A stretch of 44,073 nucleotides of DNA from an uncultured Candidatus Saccharibacteria bacterium (GCA_965230995.1 OZ246398.1:1-44073), one strand, 5' to 3'; shown: positions 10,777 through 21,186, counted from the first letter of the stretch. Numbers and translations are program-made. Notes: generated from the sequence alone by a model not told the origin.

Positions 10777-12516
10777 ATGGAGAATCCTATTTCGGAGGGC
10801 AAAAATTTGCTCACAAAAAACTATTCATTTAGTTTTCTAAAAAAACTTGAAGAAGCTTACAAAACATTTTCACCAGCAGAAAAGAGTATTTTTCTTTTAC
10901 TTGCCGTTGTTATCTTTGTAATATCGGGAGTGCTTTTCTCGAAAGTTTATCTTTCAATGCAGATCGAAGTTCCAAGCAAAGGCGGAACATACACAGAAGG
11001 CATAATTGGAATTCCAAGATTTATTAATCCCCTGCTTGCAGTATCTGACGCAGATAGAGATATGACTTCTCTTTTGTATTCTGGATTACTTAAATCAACT
11101 AGCGATGGCAGACTTGTGCCAGATTTAGCAGAATCATATTTGGTTTCTTCTGATAGCAAAGTCTATGATTTTATATTGAAAGACAATCTAAAATTCCACG
11201 ACGGAACTCCTCTCACCACCGCTGATATAGAATTCACAATTAAAAAAGCTCAAGATCCTCTTATAAAATCACAAAAGAGATCGGCTTGGGATGGTGTTAC
11301 TGTCACAGTTATAGATGCAAAACAAATTCGTTTCGAATTAAAACAACCATACGCACCATTTCTTGAAAATGTCACAATTGGAATTTTGCCGAAACACATT
11401 TGGAAAGACGCAAATGCTGATCAATTTACTTTCAGTAAATACAACATAGAACCAATCGGATCAGGACCATACAAACTAAAAAAACTAAAAGAAAACTCGG
11501 CAAGAACCCCTGTTGAATACAGACTCGTTCCTTTTGAACATTATGTTTTTGGCGAACCATTCATCAGCAAATTGAATATAAGACTTTATTCAAGTGAACA
11601 AGAGTTGCTAAGTGCTTTTGATAATGGAGAAATATCTGCAATCGGAGGTATCAATCCAGATATCGCAGACAAATACAAAAACGAAGGAAAAGAAATTTTG
11701 ACCGCAAGGCTACCGAGAATCTTTGGAGTATTTTTTAACCAAAACCAAAACGAGGCGCTTCTTAGTCTACCAGTTAGAAAAGCTTTGAATATTTCTGTTG
11801 ATAGAGAAAAAATCAATGAAGAAGTTCTAAAAGGCTTTGGCAATATAATTACAAGACCATATTTGATTGACGAGGAAAAAGAAAATCCTAAACAAAATAT
11901 AGATGAAGCAATATCGATTCTCGAAAAGGCAGGCTGGGTAATTAATGAAGAAACTGGTTTTAGAGAAAAGAAATTAAAAGACAAAACCATCCCACTTTCT
12001 TTTACTCTTGCTACCGGAGAAAAAGATGACCTCAAAGAAACTGCCGAGATACTAAAAAATGAATGGGCAAAAATCGGAGCAAACGTTACGATTGCAATAT
12101 ACGAAAATGGAGATCTAAATCAAAACATTATTAGACCGAGAAAATACGACGCATTGCTATTTGGAGAAATAATCGGCAGAGACCTAGACCTGTATCCGTT
12201 CTGGCATTCGTCACAAAGAAATGACCCCGGTTTAAATATTGCCCTATACGCGAACATGACCGTGGATAAATTACTTGAGACACTACGTACAACTAGCGAC
12301 GAAAAAACAAAAATAGAAACTTTAGAAAAAATAAACACCGAAATAGAAAAGGACATTCCAGCAATATTTCTTTATTCACCAAAATACACATATATCGCAA
12401 ATCCGAAAGCATTATCAATAGACATTTCTTATGTCAGTCTGCCAGGTGAAAGATTTTCAGACATTCACACATGGTACATAGACACAAACAGAATTTGGAA
12501 CTTTTTTAAAAAATAA
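10777..12516 (+). CDS. Peptide ABC-type substrate-binding protein (family 5, OppA/DppA-like)
   Basis: NPL, LYSGL, PDLAES, F.LK.NLKFHDG.PLT..DI.FT, PIGSGPYKL; TM anchor. Confidence 0.92.
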   Translation: MENPISEGKNLLTKNYSFSFLKKLEEAYKTFSPAEKSIFLLLAVVIFVISGVLFSKVYLSMQIEVPSKGGTYTEGIIGIPRFINPLLAVSDADRDMTSLLYSGLLKSTSDGRLVPDLAESYLVSSDSKVYDFILKDNLKFHDGTPLTTADIEFTIKKAQDPLIKSQKRSAWDGVTVTVIDAKQIRFELKQPYAPFLENVTIGILPKHIWKDANADQFTFSKYNIEPIGSGPYKLKKLKENSARTPVEYRLVPFEHYVFGEPFISKLNIRLYSSEQELLSAFDNGEISAIGGINPDIADKYKNEGKEILTARLPRIFGVFFNQNQNEALLSLPVRKALNISVDREKINEEVLKGFGNIITRPYLIDEEKENPKQNIDEAISILEKAGWVINEETGFREKKLKDKTIPLSFTLATGEKDDLKETAEILKNEWAKIGANVTIAIYENGDLNQNIIRPRKYDALLFGEIIGRDLDLYPFWHSSQRNDPGLNIALYANMTVDKLLETLRTTSDEKTKIETLEKINTEIEKDIPAIFLYSPKYTYIANPKALSIDISYVSLPGERFSDIHTWYIDTNRIWNFFKK

Positions 12517-12539
12517 ATTATAAAATCTAATAAAATAAT

Positions 12540-14543
12540 ATGATGGAACAACCACGAGGACGACGCCGTGTACACCACGCACGTCAAAGTGCTCCTACGA
12601 AGACATTCGGAAGACCACTAGAACAAAGAAGAAGCAGGCCTCTTACGGCAAGTAATCGCGACAGCAATGTTCGTACTACTACAAATGCAACCGCGTCTGC
12701 TGTAAAACAAGAAATTAGACCTAGAAGAAGACTTTCTTCAAGGGATAATTTCCGAAAGAAGCCTCAACTTCGAACGGAACATACAAAAGGCAGAGCTACA
12801 ACAGCCAGACCAACACTTGCCGAAGAAAAAAACAAAAAAACAATTGGGGTCATCCCGCCACTAAAAGAAGGTAACGTCCGCGTTATTCCTTTGGGTGGAG
12901 TCGAAGAAATTGGTAAAAATATGACAGCCGTCGAAATTGGCGATGATATTATCGTCATCGACGCTGGTTTTCAATTTGAAGAAGAGGATTTGCCAGGAGT
13001 GGATTATGTTATTCCAAACACTGCATATCTCGAAGAAAATAAATCTAAAGTAAGAGCCGTTTTCATTACACACGGTCACCTCGACCATATTGGTGGTATT
13101 CCATACATTATGGAAAAAATTGGAAACCCTCCAATCTATACAAGATCTCTCACTTCTATAATGATAAAAAAGAGACAGGAAGAATTTCCTCATCTTTCAC
13201 CTCTAAACATAATCGTCGTTGAAAGAGAAAGCACAGTGAACGTCGGCAATATGAAGATAAAATTCTTTGCTGTAACACACACAATACCAGATTCAATGGG
13301 CCTCATAATCGAAACACCATATGGAGCAGTGGTAACACCAGGAGACGTAAAACTAGATCACGTTGACGGTATTCCTACCGAAGCAGAACAGAAAGAATAC
13401 GGAAGATTTGAAAAAGAAAAAGTTTTGCTTTTGCTTATGGACTCAACAAACGTTGATAACCCAGGTTTTTCTACTCCAGAAAGACTTACAGCAGAAGGTC
13501 TTGAACATATCATAAAAAATACAAAACGCAGACTCATAATCGGTACTTTTGCTTCTCAGATAGAGAGAATGATAAAAATTATCGAGGCCGCTGAAAAATA
13601 CGGCAAAAAAGTTGTCGTCGAAGGTAGGAGCATGAAGAACAACATCGAAATTGTGAGACAGGTCGGAATGATGGATAAAGTAAAAAAGGAGACAATCATT
13701 ACTGCAGAAGAAATGGACAACTATCCACCAGACAGGATTGTCGTTCTCGCAACGGGGGCCCAAGGTGACGAATTTGCAGCTCTTATGAGAATGAGTAACA
13801 AGACTCACAAATTCTTTAAGGTAACCCCTAGAGATACAATTCTGCTTTCATCTTCTATCGTTCCTGGAAATGAAAAGTCAGTTCAGAAATTAAAGGACAA
13901 CCTCGCAAGACTTGGTGCAAAAATAATTCACTACAGATCTTCTGATGTTTATATTCACTCTTCTGGTCACGGAAACAGAGGCGAGCTCGAATGGATACAT
14001 AAAAAAATCAAACCAAAATTCTTTGTTCCAATTCACGGAAGCCATTATATGTTAAGAGTCCACGAAGAACTTGCACAAAGCGTTGGAACGCCAGCAGAAA
14101 ATATAATTGTGCCTGACAACGGTATGATTATCGAAATCCAAGAAAAAGGTGAGAAAATGGTCGCTCTAAAAGAAAAAGCGCCAGGAGGTTTGGTAACAGT
14201 TGATGGATTTTCAATCGGTGATGTCCAAGAAGTCGTTATGCGAGACAGAAAGATGCTCGCAAAAGACGGAATGTTTGTCATAATTGCAACAATCAATGTA
14301 AAAACCGGCACACTCAAAAAATCACCAGATATTATTTCTCGAGGGTTTATATATCTGAGAGAATCTCAAGACCTTTTGTCACAAACAAGATTAATCATAA
14401 AGAGATCAGTCGAGGAAGCAGCGAAAGACAACCCTATCAACTTTGATCACGTCAAAGAATCAATCGCTCAAAACGTCGAGAAATTCTTGTTCCAAAAAAC
14501 AGCTAAAACACCTATAGTTATACCAGTAGTGCTTGGTGTCTAA
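12540..14543 (+). CDS. rnj: Ribonuclease J with a long basic N-terminal extension
   Basis: IPLGGVEEIGKNM, THGHLDHIG, HTIPDS, beta-CASP FASQ, HSSGH, P.HG. Confidence 0.97.
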   Translation: MMEQPRGRRRVHHARQSAPTKTFGRPLEQRRSRPLTASNRDSNVRTTTNATASAVKQEIRPRRRLSSRDNFRKKPQLRTEHTKGRATTARPTLAEEKNKKTIGVIPPLKEGNVRVIPLGGVEEIGKNMTAVEIGDDIIVIDAGFQFEEEDLPGVDYVIPNTAYLEENKSKVRAVFITHGHLDHIGGIPYIMEKIGNPPIYTRSLTSIMIKKRQEEFPHLSPLNIIVVERESTVNVGNMKIKFFAVTHTIPDSMGLIIETPYGAVVTPGDVKLDHVDGIPTEAEQKEYGRFEKEKVLLLLMDSTNVDNPGFSTPERLTAEGLEHIIKNTKRRLIIGTFASQIERMIKIIEAAEKYGKKVVVEGRSMKNNIEIVRQVGMMDKVKKETIITAEEMDNYPPDRIVVLATGAQGDEFAALMRMSNKTHKFFKVTPRDTILLSSSIVPGNEKSVQKLKDNLARLGAKIIHYRSSDVYIHSSGHGNRGELEWIHKKIKPKFFVPIHGSHYMLRVHEELAQSVGTPAENIIVPDNGMIIEIQEKGEKMVALKEKAPGGLVTVDGFSIGDVQEVVMRDRKMLAKDGMFVIIATINVKTGTLKKSPDIISRGFIYLRESQDLLSQTRLIIKRSVEEAAKDNPINFDHVKESIAQNVEKFLFQKTAKTPIVIPVVLGV

Positions 14544-14573
14544 AAAAAATTAAAATGCTATAATTCCTCTACA

Positions 14574-15752
14574 ATGGAAACATTAGTGAGAGGACTTCGT
14601 TACTACAAAAATATGGTTCCGGTCTACGGGGTCATGTTTTTGTTTTCACTGCATTATTATCTAGTTCTATATGTAAACTCTTCTAACCTAAAAAGATTCT
14701 GGAGTGAAGATGCTATAGGAAATCTATATACATACGGATCTGTAATTACTCTTGCAATCCTTATTTTTTCCTCAAAAATACTGAAACAGAGCAAGGTAAA
14801 ATATCTATTTTATTCTTTTCTTTTTCTGGAATCACTAGCAATATTTCTTTTGTCTTTTGTTAGTGGTCAATATTTTTCTGGAGTTGGTTTTTTACTACTT
14901 CAGACAGCTTCACCGCTTGTATTCTTTGCAATTGATATCTTTATGGAGGAACTAAATAAAAATGCGAACCACAAAGGTGGTGCTCGTTCAATTTTGCTTA
15001 CCGCAACAAATATTACAGTGATGGTTTCTCCTCTCATATCAACATACCTAATTGCAAAATATTCTTTTGAAAGTGCTTATGTTGTGAGTTTTCTCTTGGT
15101 TATCCCAGTATTCATACTTTCAATACTTTCAATGAAAAAAATGAAAGAACCAAAAATTGAATCGGTTTCTTCCCTACACGCTCTAAAAGCCTTTAGCTAC
15201 AAAAAAGATTTGCGTAGAGTCTTCGAAGCAAATTTCATTCTAAAAATATTTTACGCAATAATGGTTGTTTATGTCCCTATTTATCTAAATACAAAAATAG
15301 GTTTTAGCCTAAGTGAAATTGGAATAATGTTTACTATTATGCTAATCCCATTTGTGATATTCGAGATACCATTTGGAACAATTGCGGATAAATGGCTTGG
15401 TGAAAAAGAAATAATGATATCGGGGTTTATCCTAAGCGGACTATCCGTTCTTTTTATGTTTATGTATCCACAAAAAGACATTGTATTGTTTTCTGTTCTC
15501 TTATTCCTTTCTCGAGTCGGAGCAAGTGCAATAGAAATTAGCACAGAAAGTTTCTTCTTTAAAAAAGTTAAAGGCAACGAAATAGACATCATAAGCTTTT
15601 TTAGAGTAACTAACCCACTTTCGTTTATGATTGCTCCATTTATCGTAATGCCCGTAGTGCATATTTGGTCACAGGGTCACATATTGCTTGTTCTCGCAAT
15701 TATTACATTTGCCGGAGTTATCCCTTCTATTTTAATTAAAGATACAAAATAA
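14574..15752 (+). CDS. MFS transporter
   Basis: 392 aa, about 12 TM, G.IADKWLGEK motif. Confidence 0.88.
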   Translation: METLVRGLRYYKNMVPVYGVMFLFSLHYYLVLYVNSSNLKRFWSEDAIGNLYTYGSVITLAILIFSSKILKQSKVKYLFYSFLFLESLAIFLLSFVSGQYFSGVGFLLLQTASPLVFFAIDIFMEELNKNANHKGGARSILLTATNITVMVSPLISTYLIAKYSFESAYVVSFLLVIPVFILSILSMKKMKEPKIESVSSLHALKAFSYKKDLRRVFEANFILKIFYAIMVVYVPIYLNTKIGFSLSEIGIMFTIMLIPFVIFEIPFGTIADKWLGEKEIMISGFILSGLSVLFMFMYPQKDIVLFSVLLFLSRVGASAIEISTESFFFKKVKGNEIDIISFFRVTNPLSFMIAPFIVMPVVHIWSQGHILLVLAIITFAGVIPSILIKDTK

Positions 15753-15753
15753 G

Positions 15754-16533
15754 TTATTTTTCGGCCCTAGCCTCGATCATTAGGAACATCGGGATTTCTT
15801 TTCTCGCAATATCTTCTGCGATTTGTCTTTTGCCCTTTTCGCTTTTTTTGTGCGATACCCACTCTTCAAGTCTAGTTACGACGAAACCACTATTTGAAAT
15901 CAATTTAAAATAGTACTGAAGAGGTCTATGAAAAGAATAGGTCACGTTTTTTTCTTTTCCTCCAGGGTTCATATCTATTTCTATCTTTTTTTCGCTCATA
16001 TAAGCAGAAACATCCCTCGATTGTGTTTTTGTATCCTCATTAAAATTCCAACTTGAAAACTTTGGTATTCTAAATGATGGATGATTCAATACAATATAAA
16101 ATCTACCTTTATCTTGAAGCACACGATAAACTTCTGAAAAAGTCTCTTTAACCTTTTCAATGTTTTGTATTGCGAGAGTAATGGAAGCAATGTCAAAATG
16201 ACTATCGCGTAGCATCGACAGATCATGAGAAGGAGAATCAACGAAAGCTATTTTTGCGTGAGATTTTTCTTTTGCCAAAGACAAGAGTTCTTTTGAAATA
16301 TCAACCCCTATCACTTTTGCACCCAATTCAAATGCCCTCCTTGCAAAAAAGCCTTCACCACAGGCAAGATCAAGAAAATTATTATCCTCTTTTATATTCC
16401 ACAACCTTTCCAGGTTAGGCAGTATTACTTTTTTGTGATAGGAATCATTATCATGATCAAGATAATTAGAATACCAAGAAGACACCCCTCCCCAAGATGT
16501 CTCTTCCCCTTCATTTTTTCCAATGTTTTTCAT
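15754..16533 (-). CDS. Class I SAM-dependent methyltransferase
   Basis: LDLACGEG, GVDIS, VLQDKGRF motifs. Confidence 0.9.
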   Translation of the reverse strand: MKNIGKNEGEETSWGGVSSWYSNYLDHDNDSYHKKVILPNLERLWNIKEDNNFLDLACGEGFFARRAFELGAKVIGVDISKELLSLAKEKSHAKIAFVDSPSHDLSMLRDSHFDIASITLAIQNIEKVKETFSEVYRVLQDKGRFYIVLNHPSFRIPKFSSWNFNEDTKTQSRDVSAYMSEKKIEIDMNPGGKEKNVTYSFHRPLQYYFKLISNSGFVVTRLEEWVSHKKSEKGKRQIAEDIARKEIPMFLMIEARAEK

Positions 16534-16558
16534 AAGACTATGTTATCACGAAAGCCAA

Positions 16559-16590
16559 AACAAAAAAGACCCTTGCGGGTCTTTTTTGTT
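16559..16590. terminator. Intrinsic terminator
   Basis: AACAAAAAAGACCC-ttgc-GGGTCTTTTTTGTT. Confidence 0.85.
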
Positions 16591-16945
16591 ATTTTTCCTC
16601 TTCAGAAGAAAGTTCTTTTTTGATATTTTTCCAATGCTTCTTTAGGTCTTTAATCAAAGAATCAACCTCTGTGCCTTGGACTTTTTTGAGTTTCTTGTAT
16701 TTTCCTACAACATTATCGACTACTTTGTAATATCCATCTTCGCTGACTTCTTTCATATCTTCTAGTTTATCCATCACTTCGCCTTTTGCCTTTACAGCCC
16801 AACCTCGTATTTTCTTTTGTGTCTTTTTTCCTTCATCTGTTCCAAAGAGAAAATATGCTCCTGCAGCAGCGGCAGCAACTAAACCAGTTCCTATTCCGAT
16901 TGCTGTTTTATTAATTTTTGCTTCTTGCTTCTTTTTTGCAGGCAT
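16589..16945 (-). CDS. Small membrane-anchored protein (YtxH-like)
   Basis: From ATG 16945: MPAKKK...IGIGTGLVAAAAAGAYFLFG..GKKTQKKI. The longer track ORF overlaps the upstream gene. Confidence 0.7.
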   Translation of the reverse strand: MPAKKKQEAKINKTAIGIGTGLVAAAAAGAYFLFGTDEGKKTQKKIRGWAVKAKGEVMDKLEDMKEVSEDGYYKVVDNVVGKYKKLKKVQGTEVDSLIKDLKKHWKNIKKELSSEEEK

Positions 16946-16946
16946 T

Positions 16947-17252
16947 TTATTCGTTGTTACTTTTAACTGATATTTTCTTTTTTGCCTTTTTCTTGTCAGG
17001 CGGAGTCTCTGTAGGAATAAACCTCGAGACAAACCTGATTGCAGAACCACCTTTTTGTTCGATAAATTCCCTTGCCGTCCTAACAGCGTGAGTGATCGCA
17101 CCTATTTCTGCTTTTACTTCTTTTGACACAATGTAAACATTGCGAGCAAAACGTATCAAATAGTAGAAAAGTACTACTGAAAGCAAAGCTATTAACACAA
17201 CCACAATCGTTGTTACTAAAAAAAATATATCGGCTTTTATTAGTGACTCCAT
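16947..17252 (-). CDS. Small single-TM protein
   Basis: From ATG 17252 (TGTTATACT 6 nt upstream): MESLIKADIFFLVTTIVVV..., TM followed by an amphipathic helix. Confidence 0.7.
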   Translation of the reverse strand: MESLIKADIFFLVTTIVVVLIALLSVVLFYYLIRFARNVYIVSKEVKAEIGAITHAVRTAREFIEQKGGSAIRFVSRFIPTETPPDKKKAKKKISVKSNNE

Positions 17253-17318
17253 ATGTGCAGTATAACACATTTTTTGTGATGTATATACATAATGCAAAAA
17301 ATCTGTTACTTTTGTGTA

Positions 17319-18011
17319 ATGAGAATTCAAAAATATCTTTCAGAGATCGGCTTATTGTCCCGTAGAGAAGCAGAAAAATATCTACTACTGGGACTAATCA
17401 AGGTCAACGGAAAAGTAATAGACAAACTTGGCACAACGATCGACCCAGAAAAAGACAAGATCGAGGTTGATTTGCAAAACTCAAAAGCCGAGAAAAAATC
17501 TTCTTTTGCTGTTTATAAACCAATCGGGATAGTAGTCTCCGAATCAGAAAGCGAAGGAAAAACAATTAAAAAAGCTTTTCCAAAATTATCACATCTATCA
17601 CCCATAGGTAGACTCGATAAACAAAGCGAGGGCTTGCTTATTCTTTCAAATGACGGCGTCATAGCAAAAAACATTACAGGAAAAGATCATCTGATAGAAA
17701 AAGAATACGAGGTGACAGTCCGAGAAGACGTCGTTCCTGCTATGATTGAAAAATTTAAATCAGGAATAGTTATAGACAAACAAAAGACACTTCCGGCAAA
17801 AGCAGAAAAAATAGACAGACATACTTTTTCTATTTGTCTAAAAGAAGGTAGAAAACATCAGATCCGTAGAATGTGCGATGCGGTTCATCTTACAGTTGAA
17901 AACCTAAAGAGGATTAGAATTGGAAAAATCACTCTCGGTTCGCTCGGTCCAGGTAATGCTAGAGCCCTATCAAAAGAAGAGATAGATAGTCTAAAAACAA
18001 TCAAAAATTAA
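17319..18011 (+). CDS. rRNA pseudouridine synthase (RsuA/RluB/E/F family)
   Basis: MRIQKYL S4 domain with SRREAE; catalytic PIGRLDKQSEGLL; EGRKHQIRRM. Confidence 0.95.
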   Translation: MRIQKYLSEIGLLSRREAEKYLLLGLIKVNGKVIDKLGTTIDPEKDKIEVDLQNSKAEKKSSFAVYKPIGIVVSESESEGKTIKKAFPKLSHLSPIGRLDKQSEGLLILSNDGVIAKNITGKDHLIEKEYEVTVREDVVPAMIEKFKSGIVIDKQKTLPAKAEKIDRHTFSICLKEGRKHQIRRMCDAVHLTVENLKRIRIGKITLGSLGPGNARALSKEEIDSLKTIKN

Positions 18012-18997
18012 TTATCGAAAAGTGTTTTTGAATATTCCCAGTGTGTAGGAAGGTTATTTTCTTTTAGCCAATACCACCATTCAGCACCCCATAAATACTG
18101 ACGTTCAAACTTTGTCTTTTTTGCAAAAACAATAGAATCTTTATACATATCAATGCTCATCCGAGAAAGCTGGGTTTCTATTGGAGTTTCTATTATTGGT
18201 TTAACAAGCCACGGCTCCCCCGCCAATTCAATCAGAAAAGCTGGTTTTTTACCTAGCAACAATCTATTTATGTTGTATTTTGCTCTATAAAATGCAGGCG
18301 GTAAATATGAATTAAAGATTCCAACATCAGGTGTATAAAAGAATCTATACAAACTTGTACCAAAGGCATCACCCGCTTTGTATGCAGAATACCACATTCC
18401 AATATTTCCACTGTCTGTCACAATCACTTTTCTACTTGGATCAATTTCTTTTACAAGAGATATTTCCCTAGCCAAAAAATCTTCGTCTAATTCACCACAT
18501 TGCTCTGTTGCAAATTGTGACAAAAACGGTTCGTTTTCTACTTGCCAATATTCTATTGCAACTGAATCTTTGTATCTCTTTACAACTTTTTCTATAAGAT
18601 CTAAAATCTCTTTTTCTTTTTCTGCTTTTGGCATATAACCAACCCAATATGGAGTATGACATTCAGGCCAAGCAGGCTGTCTTCTACCTAATGTAAGTAT
18701 TGCTTTACCATTTACTTTTTCCAATCTTTTTATTTGATAGTCCAAAAAATCAAAATCATAAACATCTCTTTCTGGTTCGATTATGGGCCAATGAGAAGAC
18801 AATCTAAAATATCTAACACCCAAATCATCTACTATCGCATCGAAAGTTTCTTTTGGAGAAAGCCCCAGAGCTTCGCTTCTAAATTCACTAAATGAAACTC
18901 CGTATATAATTTTTTCTGGAGAAGGTCTATAAGAAATCAAAAAACATATTGCAACTAGTGCAAGAAAAATTATCAAAAAAATATATCTTTTTTTCAT
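18008..18997 (-). CDS. Membrane-anchored clan-A glycoside hydrolase (GH5/GH42-like)
   Basis: WQVENEP acid/base, IELAGEPW nucleophile region, LWGAEWW; N-terminal TM. Confidence 0.8.
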   Translation of the reverse strand: MKKRYIFLIIFLALVAICFLISYRPSPEKIIYGVSFSEFRSEALGLSPKETFDAIVDDLGVRYFRLSSHWPIIEPERDVYDFDFLDYQIKRLEKVNGKAILTLGRRQPAWPECHTPYWVGYMPKAEKEKEILDLIEKVVKRYKDSVAIEYWQVENEPFLSQFATEQCGELDEDFLAREISLVKEIDPSRKVIVTDSGNIGMWYSAYKAGDAFGTSLYRFFYTPDVGIFNSYLPPAFYRAKYNINRLLLGKKPAFLIELAGEPWLVKPIIETPIETQLSRMSIDMYKDSIVFAKKTKFERQYLWGAEWWYWLKENNLPTHWEYSKTLFDN

Positions 18998-18998
18998 A

Positions 18999-19886
18999 TT
19001 AGGTAAACAAGACAAAGAACCCGATCAAGATAATGCTGATTGCAGTTAATTTGTGAAATATTTCTTTCCTTGATATTTCTCCTTTGAAAAAATCTGGGAA
19101 TTTTCTTGCAAAAACTACTGCGATAATAAACAAGAATAGATATTGCAGAGCAGATAAAGCATTAATTACCGAAACATTACCGAGGCTAATAGCGTAAAGA
19201 ATTAAAATAAACGACAAAGCGCTCAAGGTTTTGTTACCAAGCAACAAAAACGTTGTTTCTGATTTTGAGTGTTTTGATTCTTTGAGAATTGCGTATAGAT
19301 TTCCAGGAATAATCAACAGCAGCAATGCACCAAGCACATTTGCCATTCTAGTCCAAAAGAAACCGTTCCAAAAATCAGTGTGGTTAAAAACTTCTTTTAC
19401 CAAGACTGAAGAAACCGCGAATAGGACACCCGAGAAAAACATATACCAAATAATTTTTTTAGGAAATCTAAAATGAGATACAAGCACCATACCTATAACC
19501 AAAAATAGACTTCCTATTGCAAAGTTCTTTGTAAAAACTTCGCCATAAAAAAAGTGTTTAATTAAAAAAGTAGAAATAGCAGAGACTCCACCAATAATTG
19601 GCAGCACTTCGGAAGCGCTCGCTGTTCGCAAAGATGTATAAAGCCCCATAATAGACAAGATATAGCTAACAGCGACTGCGAGCGACAGGATAATGACTAC
19701 ATTGTTTGGCGAAGAGACAACTCCAAATGGCAAAAGAAACAGAACAACTGCAGACAAAATAGAAATATAAAAAGCATAAACAGCAGGTTTCTTTAATTGC
19801 TTATCAGAGACAAGCAATTTATCTCCCAAAACAGAGAGAGCGACCAGAAACTGTGCAATTATGACAATTAATATCCAAGTACTCAT
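18999..19886 (-). CDS. EamA/DMT family transporter
   Basis: Two repeats of about 5 TM; GNVSVINAL motif. Confidence 0.85.
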   Translation of the reverse strand: MSTWILIVIIAQFLVALSVLGDKLLVSDKQLKKPAVYAFYISILSAVVLFLLPFGVVSSPNNVVIILSLAVAVSYILSIMGLYTSLRTASASEVLPIIGGVSAISTFLIKHFFYGEVFTKNFAIGSLFLVIGMVLVSHFRFPKKIIWYMFFSGVLFAVSSVLVKEVFNHTDFWNGFFWTRMANVLGALLLLIIPGNLYAILKESKHSKSETTFLLLGNKTLSALSFILILYAISLGNVSVINALSALQYLFLFIIAVVFARKFPDFFKGEISRKEIFHKLTAISIILIGFFVLFT

Positions 19887-19887
19887 T

Positions 19888-21042
19888 TTAAAAACCGTTA
19901 TGTTCGCAAATATATTTATAAACTAATGCTGACGGCCGAATCTTTCTCTCCATTGTATCATAATTAATTTCAACCAATCCAAATCTTTTTTCAAAACCAA
20001 GTGCCCATTCAAAATTATCCAGAAGAGACCAGTAATAGTAACCCCTAACAGGAACCCCATCGCGAATTGCTTTTGCAACCCACATAAGGTGATCGCTTAT
20101 AAAAGCACCTCTCAAGGTGTCCTTTTCATCAGCCAAACCATTTTCGGTTACATATATTGGTTTGTTATATTTTTTTAAATCGACAAGCAAATGATAAATA
20201 CCCTCTGGATAAATTTCCCAACCCATATCATTTCTAGGATTATTATTTTTTGACCCAAATATTACAGTATGAAAATAATAGTTAAGACCAATAAAGTCTG
20301 TGCTATCTTTTACCATCGCAAGAAATCGATCATTCCAAAACCAAAATAAAACTTTCGCTATTTTTTTTGAAATAAAACCCCTACCTTCAAACAGAATATT
20401 GTTTTTTACAGCGCCCAAAATAATTTCTGGTTTAGCTATTTTTTTCCATGCGTAAATTTCGTTATGTGCTTTAGCAAGATTTTTCAGGACTTTGAAATGA
20501 AGAAAAAAGTTTCTTTTAAAAGGTGGCCAGTTTCCCCTAATATAACCATTAGAAGTATAAACCATAGGTTCGTTCATCGAAGAAAAGTCTCCGGCGAAAT
20601 CCCCAAGAGTCTCGATTACTTTTCTTGCGTATCTAACAAAATAGAAAATATTTTCTTCTTTTTCAAATCCTCCTTTTTCGTAAAACCATATAGGTAATGT
20701 AAAATGCCAAATCGTAACAGAGCTGTGTATTTTTCTTTTTTTAAGATCCTTTAAAACTTCAATATAGTGACCAAGAGCTTCCTTTGAAAAAACACCTTCT
20801 TCTGGTTCGATTCTTGCCCATTCAACAGAAAGCCTGTGTGCGTTTTGATTCAATGTTTCTATAATATCAAAATCTTCACTGTATCTTTCGTAATGTTCGC
20901 AAGCGCGCCCACAAACAGGAATTTTCTTTGACTGCCCAGCTAATACAGCCCAATCGCAGTTATCAATACCTCCCTCTACCTGATACGAAGCAGTAGCAGA
21001 ACCCCATAAAAAGTCTTTTGGAAAAGTAATACGAACATCCAT
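19888..21042 (-). CDS. Glycoside hydrolase family 1 (beta-glucosidase-like)
   Basis: FPKDFLWGSATASYQVEG, R.SVEWARIEP, NEP, YVTENG, WSLLDNFEW. Confidence 0.96.
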   Translation of the reverse strand: MDVRITFPKDFLWGSATASYQVEGGIDNCDWAVLAGQSKKIPVCGRACEHYERYSEDFDIIETLNQNAHRLSVEWARIEPEEGVFSKEALGHYIEVLKDLKKRKIHSSVTIWHFTLPIWFYEKGGFEKEENIFYFVRYARKVIETLGDFAGDFSSMNEPMVYTSNGYIRGNWPPFKRNFFLHFKVLKNLAKAHNEIYAWKKIAKPEIILGAVKNNILFEGRGFISKKIAKVLFWFWNDRFLAMVKDSTDFIGLNYYFHTVIFGSKNNNPRNDMGWEIYPEGIYHLLVDLKKYNKPIYVTENGLADEKDTLRGAFISDHLMWVAKAIRDGVPVRGYYYWSLLDNFEWALGFEKRFGLVEINYDTMERKIRPSALVYKYICEHNGF

Positions 21043-21087
21043 AACTTCGTATTATAACATTTATATTCAAAGACTTCACGGAGAAAA

Positions 21088-21186
21088 CTAGTCGAGCAAT
21101 TTGCTCCACCACTCAAAAGTAAGGTGCATAAATACACCAATGGTTCCATAAACCGGCAAAAGCAAAAAGAAAAGTATCTTTTTCAT
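21088..21186 (-). CDS. Putative 32-aa hydrophobic small protein
   Basis: MKKILFFLLLPVYGTIGVFMHLTFEWWSKLLD; TATAAT 10 nt upstream; below the track length cutoff. Confidence 0.45.
   Translation of the reverse strand: MKKILFFLLLPVYGTIGVFMHLTFEWWSKLLD

Noticed and set aside
21041-21052. ATAACTTCGTAT matches 12 of 13 nt of a loxP arm
   Set aside because: No inverted second arm after an 8-nt spacer; the sequence is the GH1 start codon plus its -10 region.
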